Shown piece by piece: positions 56,061 through 64,000 of a stretch of DNA of 64,000 nucleotides. The stretch's first letter is position 1. Every line of letters starts with the position of its first letter. The notes under the pieces were generated by a model. The model was not told the origin of the DNA, ran no database searches, and saw only the letters and a list, made by a program, of their open reading frames with translations. Source of the DNA: an uncultured Candidatus Rokubacteria bacterium (lineage in GTDB: Bacteria > Methylomirabilota > Methylomirabilia > Rokubacteriales > DASRDR01); the NCBI GenBank assembly GCA_963826115.1, contig CAWGVS010000011.1, positions 32,001-96,000 of the forward strand, read 5' to 3'. Made by a program: the position numbers and the translations under genes.

Positions 56061-57809
56061 TTGCACCGGAGCGACGGCTTGACGCCCCACTGGCACCACC
56101 CGCACCCGCGCGAGGCGGACCTCCTGCCGGCCGTGTCGGCGGAGACGCTGATGGGCCACACGCGCGCGATCGCCGCGTGGGAGCGCGAGTCGGGCACGCT
56201 CGGCGAGGCCCAGGCCTACGACCACATCGAGCGCGCGCTCAAGAGCTACGGCTACGCCGTCGAGCGCCGGGAGATCGAGGCCTACATCAGCCTTCCCCTC
56301 GAGGGCCGCGTGATCCTGCCGGACGGCGGGGTGATCGAGGGGCTCACGCACGCGTTCTCGCCCTCCATCGACGGGCTCGACGCGGAGGTGGTCGACGTCG
56401 GCGACGGGAACCCGGGCGACCTCGCGCGCGCCGCGGGCAAGATCGCGCTGCTCGACAGCCTGGCCACCCCCGGGAAGGCGTGGGCCGCGCAGGAGGCGGG
56501 GACGGTCGGCCAGATCTACGTCAACCGGGACCACCTGCACAACATGATCGTCACCACGATCTGGGGGACGCCGGAGCCCGACACCGCCTGGCGCATCCCG
56601 CGCACGCCCTGCCTCTCGGTCCGCCGCGTGGACGGCGACCGCATTCGCGCGCTGATCCGCGAGGGGCGGGGGCGCGTGCGGCTCGTGACGCGCGTGCGAA
56701 CCGGCTGGACGCCGATCCCGCACCTGACCGCGCACCTCGACGGGACCGCCGAGGACCGCTTCGTCCTGTTCTCGGGGCACGTGGACGGCTGGCACTTCGG
56801 CGCCATGGACAACGGGACGGCGAACGCGACCATGCTGGAGGTGGCGCGGCTGCTGGCGACGAGGCGCGACGCGCTCCGCCGAGGATTCCGCCTGGCGTTC
56901 TGGTCGGGCCACTCGCACGGCCGCTACGCGGGCTCCGCGTGGTACGCGGACCACACCTGGGCGGAGCTCCACCGGCGGTGCGCCGTGCACCTGAACATCG
57001 ACTCCACGGGCGCCCGCGGAGCCACCGACTACTCGGTCGTCCACGCCACCGAGGACGCCCAGAGCTTCGTCGAGAGCGTGGTGCAGGACGTCACGGGCCA
57101 GACCCCGCGGGCCCGGCACTTCCCCCGCGCCGGCGACCAGTCCTTCTGGGGGATCGGCATCCCGTCGGCCCTCATGTCGCTCTCCGGCATCCCGAAGCAG
57201 GACACCGATCTCTCCCGGTGGATGGAGCGCCTCTTCGGCACGGCGGGTTTCCCGTGGTGGTGGCATACGCGGGAGGACACGATCGACAAGATCGATGCCG
57301 ACGTCCTCGCACTCGACACCCGCGTCTATGTGGCGGCGGCGCTCAGGCTGGTGGGCAGCCCGCTGCTCCCGCTGGACTACGGCCGCTTCGCGCGCGCGAT
57401 CCTCGCCACCGCCGAGGAGCTCACCGCCGGCGGGGGATGGGACGCCGGCGCCGCGCTCGACGCGGCGCGGCGGCTCGTCGACCGGGCGTCGGCCTTCCAG
57501 GTGGCGGCGGATGCTCTCGCCGCCGGGAGCGGCCCGGACACCGGGCGCGTGGAGGCGGCCAACCGGGCCATGGTCGGTCTCTCGCGCGCCCTCGTCCCGC
57601 TCTTCTACACGACCGGCGACCGGTTCCACCACGACCTCGCGATCCCGGTGCCCCCGCTCGCGGGCCTCCAGCGGGCGCGGGAGCTGCCGGGTCTCGACCC
57701 CGCGTCCGACCGGTTCCGGTTCTCCGTCGCCGCGCTCGTCCGGGAGCGCAACCGCGTCGTGCATGCCCTGGAGCAGGCCGTCGGGGCGATCGACACCTTC
57801 GATCCGTAG
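56061..57809 (+). CDS. M28 family peptidase with PA-like insert
   Basis: GHVDGW, GAMDN, WSGHSHGRYAGS, WWHT.EDT. Confidence 0.85.
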   Translation: MHRSDGLTPHWHHPHPREADLLPAVSAETLMGHTRAIAAWERESGTLGEAQAYDHIERALKSYGYAVERREIEAYISLPLEGRVILPDGGVIEGLTHAFSPSIDGLDAEVVDVGDGNPGDLARAAGKIALLDSLATPGKAWAAQEAGTVGQIYVNRDHLHNMIVTTIWGTPEPDTAWRIPRTPCLSVRRVDGDRIRALIREGRGRVRLVTRVRTGWTPIPHLTAHLDGTAEDRFVLFSGHVDGWHFGAMDNGTANATMLEVARLLATRRDALRRGFRLAFWSGHSHGRYAGSAWYADHTWAELHRRCAVHLNIDSTGARGATDYSVVHATEDAQSFVESVVQDVTGQTPRARHFPRAGDQSFWGIGIPSALMSLSGIPKQDTDLSRWMERLFGTAGFPWWWHTREDTIDKIDADVLALDTRVYVAAALRLVGSPLLPLDYGRFARAILATAEELTAGGGWDAGAALDAARRLVDRASAFQVAADALAAGSGPDTGRVEAANRAMVGLSRALVPLFYTTGDRFHHDLAIPVPPLAGLQRARELPGLDPASDRFRFSVAALVRERNRVVHALEQAVGAIDTFDP

Positions 57810-57834
57810 CCAGAGAAGAAAGGGAGACAGGCTG

Positions 57835-59436
57835 ATGCCGAGATGGAGCAGCGTGCCGTTCCCGATTCGCGCGGTCCTCGTCTTCGCCCTCGCGGTCGGG
57901 GTGGTCGCCCTCGCGCTGCCCGCCGACGCGCAGAAGCGCGGCGGGACCCTCACGATCGTCCGGCCGACCGACCCGGTGTCCCTCGACCCTCACACCGAGA
58001 CCACGGCGCCGGGGGCGTGGGTCTACTACAACATCCTCGAGCCTCTCATCTATCTCGACGAGAAGATGACGATCCAGCCCCGGCTGGCGACGAGCTACGA
58101 GGTGATGAACCCGACCAAGGTCCGCTTCAAGCTGCGGCCGAACGTGAAGTTCCACGACGGCACGCCCTTCAACGCGGCGGCCGTGAAGTTCACGTTCGAT
58201 CGGGCGTTCAAGAGCGATCCGCCCGCCCGGTGGGCCAGCCTGGCGGGGCCGGTCGCCGGCGCCGAGGTCGTGGACGACCTCACCGTCGACATCGTCACCA
58301 AGGAGCCGTACGGGCCGATCCTCCGCTCCATGGCGATGCTCTACGTGTCCATCGTGTCGCCCACCGCCGTGCAGAAGCAGGGTGAGGGCTTCCTGCGGGC
58401 GCCGGTCGGCACCGGGCCATTCAAGTTCGTGGAGTGGAAGACCAACACCCAGATCGTGATCGAGCGGAACCCCGACTACTGGGGCGAGAAGGCCCTCCTC
58501 GACCGCGTGGTGTTCAAGACGGTGCCCGAGGAAGGCGCGCGGATGATCGGGCTCCAGACGGGGGACGCGGACATGGTCATGTTCCCGTCGCCGGCGCAGC
58601 TCCCGACGTTCCGGAAGGACGCGAAGTACACCGTCCACGAGGCTCCGGGCCTCCGGGTCGTCTACATCGGCTTCAACGCGAAGCTGGCGCCGCTCGACGA
58701 CGTGCGGGTGCGCCAGGCGCTCCTCCAGGCGGTCGACCGCAAGGCCATCATCGACAACATCGTCGAGGGCCTGGGCGTGCCGGCGAAGTCCGTCATCTCG
58801 CCCGGCGTCTTCGGCTACAAGGACATGCAGTTCGACCAGCTCTTCCCCTTCGATCGCGCCAAGGCCAAGGCGCTCCTCGCCCAGGCCGGCTGGGCCCCGG
58901 GCCCGGACGGCATCCTCCAGAAGGGCGGGCAGAAGCTCACCCTGAACTGGATCGCCCAGCGTGGCCGCTACCCGAAGGACGGCGAGATCACCGAGGCCGT
59001 GCAGCAGATGTGGAAGGAGATCGGGGTCGACGCGAAGGTCGAGTTCCGGGAGTGGGCGACCGTCTTCAACGAGTCCCGCAAGCTCGACTGGGGACGGCAC
59101 AACTGGACCTTCGGCTGGGCGACGACCAACGCCGACGCCGACTACTCGCTGTTCGCCCAGTACCATTCGACCCAGCTGACGCCGACCGGCTGGAACCGCA
59201 CCGGGTACGCGAACCCCAAGGTCGACCAGCTGCTCGAGACCGGACGGCGAAGCCTGAACCAGGGCGAGCGGGAGAAGGTCTACGCGGAGGTCCAGGACAT
59301 CCTGGCCAAGGACACGCTCTGGGTTCCCGTGTACAACACGAAGGAGATCATCATCACCCGCGCGAGCGTGAAGGGCTTCGTCATCCACCCGGTCGAGTAC
59401 AACCTCGGCCTCTGGAAGACCTGGGTCGACAAGTAG
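57835..59436 (+). CDS. Peptide/nickel ABC transporter substrate-binding protein (family 5)
   Basis: SLDP, LRPNVKFHDGTPFNA..VKF, PVGTGPFKF. Confidence 0.93.
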   Translation: MPRWSSVPFPIRAVLVFALAVGVVALALPADAQKRGGTLTIVRPTDPVSLDPHTETTAPGAWVYYNILEPLIYLDEKMTIQPRLATSYEVMNPTKVRFKLRPNVKFHDGTPFNAAAVKFTFDRAFKSDPPARWASLAGPVAGAEVVDDLTVDIVTKEPYGPILRSMAMLYVSIVSPTAVQKQGEGFLRAPVGTGPFKFVEWKTNTQIVIERNPDYWGEKALLDRVVFKTVPEEGARMIGLQTGDADMVMFPSPAQLPTFRKDAKYTVHEAPGLRVVYIGFNAKLAPLDDVRVRQALLQAVDRKAIIDNIVEGLGVPAKSVISPGVFGYKDMQFDQLFPFDRAKAKALLAQAGWAPGPDGILQKGGQKLTLNWIAQRGRYPKDGEITEAVQQMWKEIGVDAKVEFREWATVFNESRKLDWGRHNWTFGWATTNADADYSLFAQYHSTQLTPTGWNRTGYANPKVDQLLETGRRSLNQGEREKVYAEVQDILAKDTLWVPVYNTKEIIITRASVKGFVIHPVEYNLGLWKTWVDK

Positions 59437-59446
59437 CAACCCCTCA

Positions 59447-59485
59447 GCCGGAGCGGGCGCGGGTGGGACCCGCGTCCGCTCCGGC
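59447..59485 (+). other. Strong intergenic hairpin between SBP and permease genes (mRNA stabiliser/partial terminator)
   Basis: GCCGGAGCGGGCGCGGGT-GGG-ACCCGCGTCCGCTCCGGC; no U-tract. Confidence 0.55.
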
Positions 59486-59497
59486 CCGGCCTGAGCG

Positions 59498-60421
59498 ATG
59501 CTGACCTTCCTCGTCCGTCGCCTCCTGCTGACCGTTCCCGTCCTCCTCGGCGTCCTGTTCGTCGTCATGCTGACGATGGACCTCATCCCCGGCGACCCCG
59601 TCGCCCTCATGCTGGGCGACGCGGCATCCAAGGAGAACGTGGCGCGCTTCCGCGAGCACCTCGGCCTCGACCGGCCGCTGGTCGTGCGCTACGTGCGGTA
59701 CATCGGGCAGGTCGTGACCGGCGACCTGGGCCGGTCCATCCAGCAGAACCGGCCGGTCGTGGACGAGCTGGGCGACGCGTGGCCCGCGACGCTCCAGCTC
59801 ACGATCGTGGCGCTCCTGCTGGCGGCGGTGGTGGGCGTCGCGACCGGGATCGTCTCGGCGGTGTGGCCCAACTCCGTGTTCGACGCGCTGTCCCGGCTCT
59901 CCTCGCTCTTCGGGCTCTCGATGCCGGTCTTCTGGACGGGGCTGGTCCTCATCGTCGTCTTCGCGTTCTGGCTGCCTCTCCTGCCGGTGGGCGGCGTGGG
60001 TTCCGCGGCCCACCTCGTCCTGCCGGCGGTGACGCTGGCACTTCCGTCCATCGCGATGATCGCCCGCATGACGCGGTCGAGCGTGCTCGAGGTGCTGCGG
60101 GAGGACTACGTGCGGACCGCCCGCGCCAAGGGGGTGGGGGAGCGGCTGGTGGTGGCCAAGCACGCCCTCCGGAACGCGGCCATCCCGATCCTGACTCTGG
60201 TGGGTTTGCAGGCGGGCCAGCTGATGGGCGGCGCCGTCCTCACCGAGACGGTCTTCGCCTGGCCCGGCCTCGGCCGGCTCATGGTCAAGGCGATCTTCGC
60301 GCGGGACTACGTGCTTCTCCAGGGCGCGGTGCTGATCTTCGCGCTGGCCTTCGTCGTGATCAACCTCATCGTGGATCTCTCGTACGGTGCGCTCGATCCG
60401 CGTGTGTCGCGGCAGGGGTGA
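59498..60421 (+). CDS. Peptide ABC transporter permease (DppB-like)
   Basis: IPGDP, GLDRP, DYVRTARAKG, ETVFAWPGLG. Confidence 0.93.
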   Translation: MLTFLVRRLLLTVPVLLGVLFVVMLTMDLIPGDPVALMLGDAASKENVARFREHLGLDRPLVVRYVRYIGQVVTGDLGRSIQQNRPVVDELGDAWPATLQLTIVALLLAAVVGVATGIVSAVWPNSVFDALSRLSSLFGLSMPVFWTGLVLIVVFAFWLPLLPVGGVGSAAHLVLPAVTLALPSIAMIARMTRSSVLEVLREDYVRTARAKGVGERLVVAKHALRNAAIPILTLVGLQAGQLMGGAVLTETVFAWPGLGRLMVKAIFARDYVLLQGAVLIFALAFVVINLIVDLSYGALDPRVSRQG

Positions 60422-60424
60422 GAC

Positions 60425-61210
60425 ATGGGAGAGCGACGGTTGCTGGGCGAGGTGGCGATCGTGACCGGGGCGGCCCACGGCATCGGCCGCGCCATCGCGG
60501 TGGAGCTGGCGCGGGAAGGCGCGTCGGTGTGGGCGTGCGACGTCCTCGAGCGCGAGCTGGGCGAGACCCGGCGCGCGGTCGGCGAGCGCGCGGAGGGCCC
60601 GTGCCGCGTGGGGATCGTGAACGTCACCGACCCGCGGCGAGTCTCGGCGTTCGTCGACGAGGCGGTCGCCGCCGAGAAGCGACTCGACATCCTGGTGAAC
60701 TGCGCCGGCGGGGTGGTCGGCCAGACCATGAAGCCGGTGGAGGAGATCACCGACGAGGCCTGGCGCGCGATCTTCGCGGTGAACCTCGACGGCGCGTTCC
60801 ACTTCACGCGCGCGGCGGCGCCCGCCATGAAGACGCGGCGCCGCGGGAGCATCGTGAACATCTCGTCGGGCGCGGGCCGGTCGTACAGCCTCACGGGGAT
60901 CCAGGCCTACGCGAGCGCCAAGGCCGGGCTCATCGGGTTCACGCGCCAGACCGCCCGCGAGCTCGGCGAGCACGGGATCCGCGTCAACTGCGTGGCGCCG
61001 GGCTTCGTGCGCTCGAACCCGTCGAGCGAGAAGCAGTGGCAGGCCATGGGCGAGGCCGGCCAGCGCCGGCTCCTCGACAGCATCGCCCTCCGGCGGCTCG
61101 GCGAGCCCGAGGACATCGCCCGCGCCGTGGCCTTCTTCGCGTCGGACGACGCCCGCTACGTCACCGGCCAGACGATCAGCGTCGACGGCGGCCACTGGAT
61201 GCTGGGGTGA
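60425..61210 (+). CDS. SDR oxidoreductase
   Basis: TGAAHGIG, YASAK, TGQTISVDGG. Confidence 0.92.
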   Translation: MGERRLLGEVAIVTGAAHGIGRAIAVELAREGASVWACDVLERELGETRRAVGERAEGPCRVGIVNVTDPRRVSAFVDEAVAAEKRLDILVNCAGGVVGQTMKPVEEITDEAWRAIFAVNLDGAFHFTRAAAPAMKTRRRGSIVNISSGAGRSYSLTGIQAYASAKAGLIGFTRQTARELGEHGIRVNCVAPGFVRSNPSSEKQWQAMGEAGQRRLLDSIALRRLGEPEDIARAVAFFASDDARYVTGQTISVDGGHWMLG

Positions 61211-61242
61211 ACGGCCCGTCTTGTCACGCGCGGGTGGCAGCG

Positions 61243-61418
61243 CGGTGAGCCCCCAGGCCGAAGGCCGTCCGATCGACTCCCGCGCCGCCGGGGCCGCCCG
61301 GTGAGCCCCCAGGCCGAAGGCCGTCCGATTGACTCCCGCGCCGCCGGGGCCGCTCGGTGAGCCCCCAGGCCGAAGGCCGTCCGATTGACTCCCGCGCCGC
61401 CGGGGCCGCCCGGTGAGC
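61243..61418 (+). repeat. Tandem repeat, 3 x 56 bp plus partial copy
   Basis: CGGTGAGCCCCCAGGCCGAAGGCCGTCCGATYGACTCCCGCGCCGCCGGGGCCGCY units start at 61243, 61299 and 61355; partial CGGTGAGC at 61411. Confidence 0.92.
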
Positions 61419-62303
61419 GGGGTAGCGATCGAGGCGCTGGCGCCCGTCGCGGTCCGGCCCGACACGCCGGCCGGCGACGCGTGGCGCCGGTTCCGGCGGA
61501 GCCGCCTCGCCGTCGTCGGGCTCCTCATCGTCGCCCTGATCGCGACGGCGGCAGCCGGCGCGCCCTGGCTCGCGCCCCAGGACCCCGCGAAGCAGAGCCT
61601 CATCGAGAAGCGCGCCCGGCCGTTCGGGAAGTACGTCCTGGGCGCCGACGAGTTCGGTCGCGACATCCTGTCCCGGGTGATCTACGGGGCCCGGGTCGCG
61701 CTCCTCGTCGGCCTCCTCTCGGTGGGGATCGCGCTCGGCCTGGGGCTCGTCCTCGGGAGCCTGGCCGGGTTCCTGGGCGGCTGGATCGACGGCGCGATCA
61801 TGCGGGCCGTCGAGGTGCTCCTGGCGTTCCCGTACCTCTTGCTCGCGATCGCCGTCGTGTCGGCGCTCGGACCCGGGGCCCTCAACACGACGATCGCGGT
61901 CGGGATCTGGGGCACACCGCCCGTGACCCGGATCGTCCGCGGCGCCGTGCTCCAGCTCTCCGAGACGGAGTACGTCCGGGCCGCCCGCGCCCTCGGCGCG
62001 GCGGGGCCCGCGCTGGTGGGGCGACACATCCTGCCCAACATCCTCCCGACCGTGATCGTCTACGGCACGCTCTTCATGGCGAACGCGATCCTGGTCGAGG
62101 CCGCGCTCTCCTTCCTCGGCCTCGGGGTCCAGCCGCCCACGCCGTCCTGGGGGCTCATGGTGGCGACCGGACGCGACTTCCTGCTGGTCACGCCCCACAT
62201 CACGACGATCCCGGGGCTCGCCATCATGCTGGCGGTGCTCGGCTTCAACCTCCTGGGGGACGGCCTGCGCGACGCCCTCGACCCGCGCCTCCGCGGCGCG
62301 TGA
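61413..62303 (+). CDS. Peptide ABC transporter permease (DppC-like)
   Basis: LGADEFGRDILSRVIYGAR, EAALSFLGLG, GDGLRDALDPR. Confidence 0.93.
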   Translation: MSGVAIEALAPVAVRPDTPAGDAWRRFRRSRLAVVGLLIVALIATAAAGAPWLAPQDPAKQSLIEKRARPFGKYVLGADEFGRDILSRVIYGARVALLVGLLSVGIALGLGLVLGSLAGFLGGWIDGAIMRAVEVLLAFPYLLLAIAVVSALGPGALNTTIAVGIWGTPPVTRIVRGAVLQLSETEYVRAARALGAAGPALVGRHILPNILPTVIVYGTLFMANAILVEAALSFLGLGVQPPTPSWGLMVATGRDFLLVTPHITTIPGLAIMLAVLGFNLLGDGLRDALDPRLRGA

Positions 62304-62343
62304 GGCCCGGCCGGAGCCCCGCTCCGGCTCTCGCGGCGCGCGA

Positions 62344-63573
62344 ATGACGTCGCGCGTAGCCGGTTTCTTCCGTCGGAATGTCGAGGAGATCCGCGCCGAT
62401 CCGGTCCTCCGCGTCTACGGCGCGATCCTGGCCTTCGTCCACGTCCTGACGTTCGTGTTCTGGCGCGGCGACGCGCCTCTCCAGTCGGTCCTCCCGGTGC
62501 AGGCGACTCCCATCTGCTGGCCCTTCTTCGAGGATTGCCATCGGTTCCGGTTCCTGACCCCGGCGGGCGTGGACGCGATCCTGTGGACCTACCTCGCGCT
62601 CGCGCTCCTGACCATGGCCTTCTTCGCGCGGCGGGCCGCCTGTGGATGGGCGTACGCGAGTCTCCTGGCGCTCGAGGCGTTCAAGGCGCTGATCATCGTC
62701 CAGGACTACCGGCTGCGCATGAACCAGCACTACATGGCCTTCTTCGTGGCGCTCGTGTTCCTGGTCTTTCCCGCGAAGCGGCGCCTCCTCCGGTACCTGG
62801 TCGTCCTGTTCTACTTCTGGGCGGGCACGCTCAAGCTGAACCGGGACTGGCTGTCCGGGGCGATGTTCGGCGCGCGGTCGCTCCTGTGGGTTCCGGCGAC
62901 CCTGGTCCCCGTCGCCTGCGCGTACGTGATCGTCCTGGAGTCGGTGCTGGTCTTCGGGCTGTTCTCGCGCCGCCGGTGGGTCTTCTGGGGGACGCTCGGC
63001 CAGCTACTGCTGTTCCACGTGATCTCGTATCCCATCGTCGGCTTCTACTACCCGGTCTTGATGACGGCGCTGCTGTCGGTCTTTCCGCTCGCCCGGCTCG
63101 TCGGCGGGGAATCCGAGGGGCCGAGCCTGGTGGCGCTCGGCCGGGGGCTGGAGCCCGTCCCGACGTACGCGCTGCTGGCGGGGTTCTCGGCGCTCCAGCT
63201 GGTGCCCCATCTGTTCCCCGGGGATCCGGCGATCACGGGCGAGGGACGGCTCTTCGCGCTACACATGTTCGACGCCCAGGTGGTCTGCGAAGCGCATGTG
63301 ACCGTTCACGATGACCAAGGGGGGAGCCAGCGAGTCAAAATCGTTCCTCGCGTTCCCGCCCGCGTGCGATGCGACCCGATCGTCTATCTGAGCATTGCGC
63401 GGGCTCTGTGCCGACAGGGGAAGGAGCAGGGGCGGTGGACGGATCTGGATCTCTCGCTTCGGTCTCGTCGAATCACCGAGACGGTGTCTCGCCCGGTAAT
63501 AGAGCTCGACGGATTCTGTCGACGGAGCGTGAACTATGACCTCTGGCGACCGAATCCCTGGATCCTGCGGTGA
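62344..63573 (+). CDS. HTTM-like (vitamin K-dependent carboxylase-like) multi-TM membrane protein
   Basis: NQHYM...YFWAGTLKLNRDWLSG...GEGRLFALHMF pattern. Confidence 0.6.
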   Translation: MTSRVAGFFRRNVEEIRADPVLRVYGAILAFVHVLTFVFWRGDAPLQSVLPVQATPICWPFFEDCHRFRFLTPAGVDAILWTYLALALLTMAFFARRAACGWAYASLLALEAFKALIIVQDYRLRMNQHYMAFFVALVFLVFPAKRRLLRYLVVLFYFWAGTLKLNRDWLSGAMFGARSLLWVPATLVPVACAYVIVLESVLVFGLFSRRRWVFWGTLGQLLLFHVISYPIVGFYYPVLMTALLSVFPLARLVGGESEGPSLVALGRGLEPVPTYALLAGFSALQLVPHLFPGDPAITGEGRLFALHMFDAQVVCEAHVTVHDDQGGSQRVKIVPRVPARVRCDPIVYLSIARALCRQGKEQGRWTDLDLSLRSRRITETVSRPVIELDGFCRRSVNYDLWRPNPWILR

Positions 63574-63603
63574 CGTCTCGAACGGTTACCGGCCGGGACT
63601 ATC

Positions 63604-64000
63604 TCAATCGCAGCTGAAGGTTCGGCTCTGGGTTTCCCCTGGGCCCACGTTGACGTTCTGGGGAGAGCCCGACGCGTCACTTTCACCGAAGCAGAGTGCC
63701 CTCACCTGGTGATTCCCCACGGACACCTGCTTCTTCACGGGCGGATCTTCAGAAGTGAGACCGTTGGCGACGTGATTGCCGTCGATGAGGACGTCGATGT
63801 CGCAGCATCCGACGAGACCCACCTGGATGAAACCGTCCTGCGCGACCCCGACGAACACGGTCTTGTCGGCGTTCATGAGGACGGTGCAGGAGCCGGTGCC
63901 GCTGCAGCCGCCGGAGAACACGGCGTCAGGCTGGTTGGCGGTGAGCTTGACGCTGGTGCCCGCGAAGAAGGCCTGGGAACAGTCGCCGGGACAGGCGATG
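63604..64000 (-). CDS. C-terminus of a secreted protein with an InlB-B-like repeat and a PEGA-like domain (5' outside window)
   Basis: CPGDCSQAF..GTSVKLTA...FSGGCSGTGSCTVLMNADKTV resembles the repeat in the 47953-53904 protein. Confidence 0.7.
   Translation of the reverse strand, partial: IACPGDCSQAFFAGTSVKLTANQPDAVFSGGCSGTGSCTVLMNADKTVFVGVAQDGFIQVGLVGCCDIDVLIDGNHVANGLTSEDPPVKKQVSVGNHQVRALCFGESDASGSPQNVNVGPGETQSRTFSCD

Noticed and set aside
61243-61418. Possible CRISPR array
   Set aside because: Units are contiguous and near-identical with no variable spacers, and no cas genes are present in the window
1-64000. Genome-wide UGA reassignment (genetic code 4 or 25)
   Set aside because: Many genes end at TGA at their natural C-terminus, often in GTGA/ATGA overlaps with the next gene; only four TGAs sit at Cys positions with downstream hairpins

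Overview
High-GC (roughly 72-73% by eye) bacterial chromosomal window with dense, mostly metabolic and transport genes. The gene repertoire and a remnant of an ABC_sub_bind-type gene tail suggest Candidatus Rokubacteria/Methylomirabilota, but this is inference. The main hidden signal is four scattered ORFs that the ORF track splits at an in-frame TGA. In each case the TGA sits where a catalytic Cys is expected and is followed 8-12 nt later by a SECIS-like hairpin with a G at the start of the loop. These are predicted selenoproteins: a MerB-like lyase in an ECF sigma/anti-sigma operon, an AhpC/TSA redoxin (UPKC), a YVTN beta-propeller fused to a TlpA-like domain (UGPC), and an AhpD/CMD protein (CPFU). 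Other notable items are twin divergent GTAAC-N17-CGTA ECF promoters, a modular methionine/methyl-transfer gene set (two core MetE-like genes, an extended MetF, a stand-alone corrinoid protein plus homocysteine methyltransferase), a thiolase-DUF35-type III PKS-methyltransferase-FAD oxidoreductase cluster, a ~1900-aa Calx-beta/LamG/sugar-dehydrogenase-like surface protein and a 3x56-bp tandem repeat. Two genes carry frameshifts that look like sequencing indels. I saw no rRNA, tRNA, CRISPR array, transposase or sel (selABCD) gene. All assignments are by-eye motif recognition; no searches were run.
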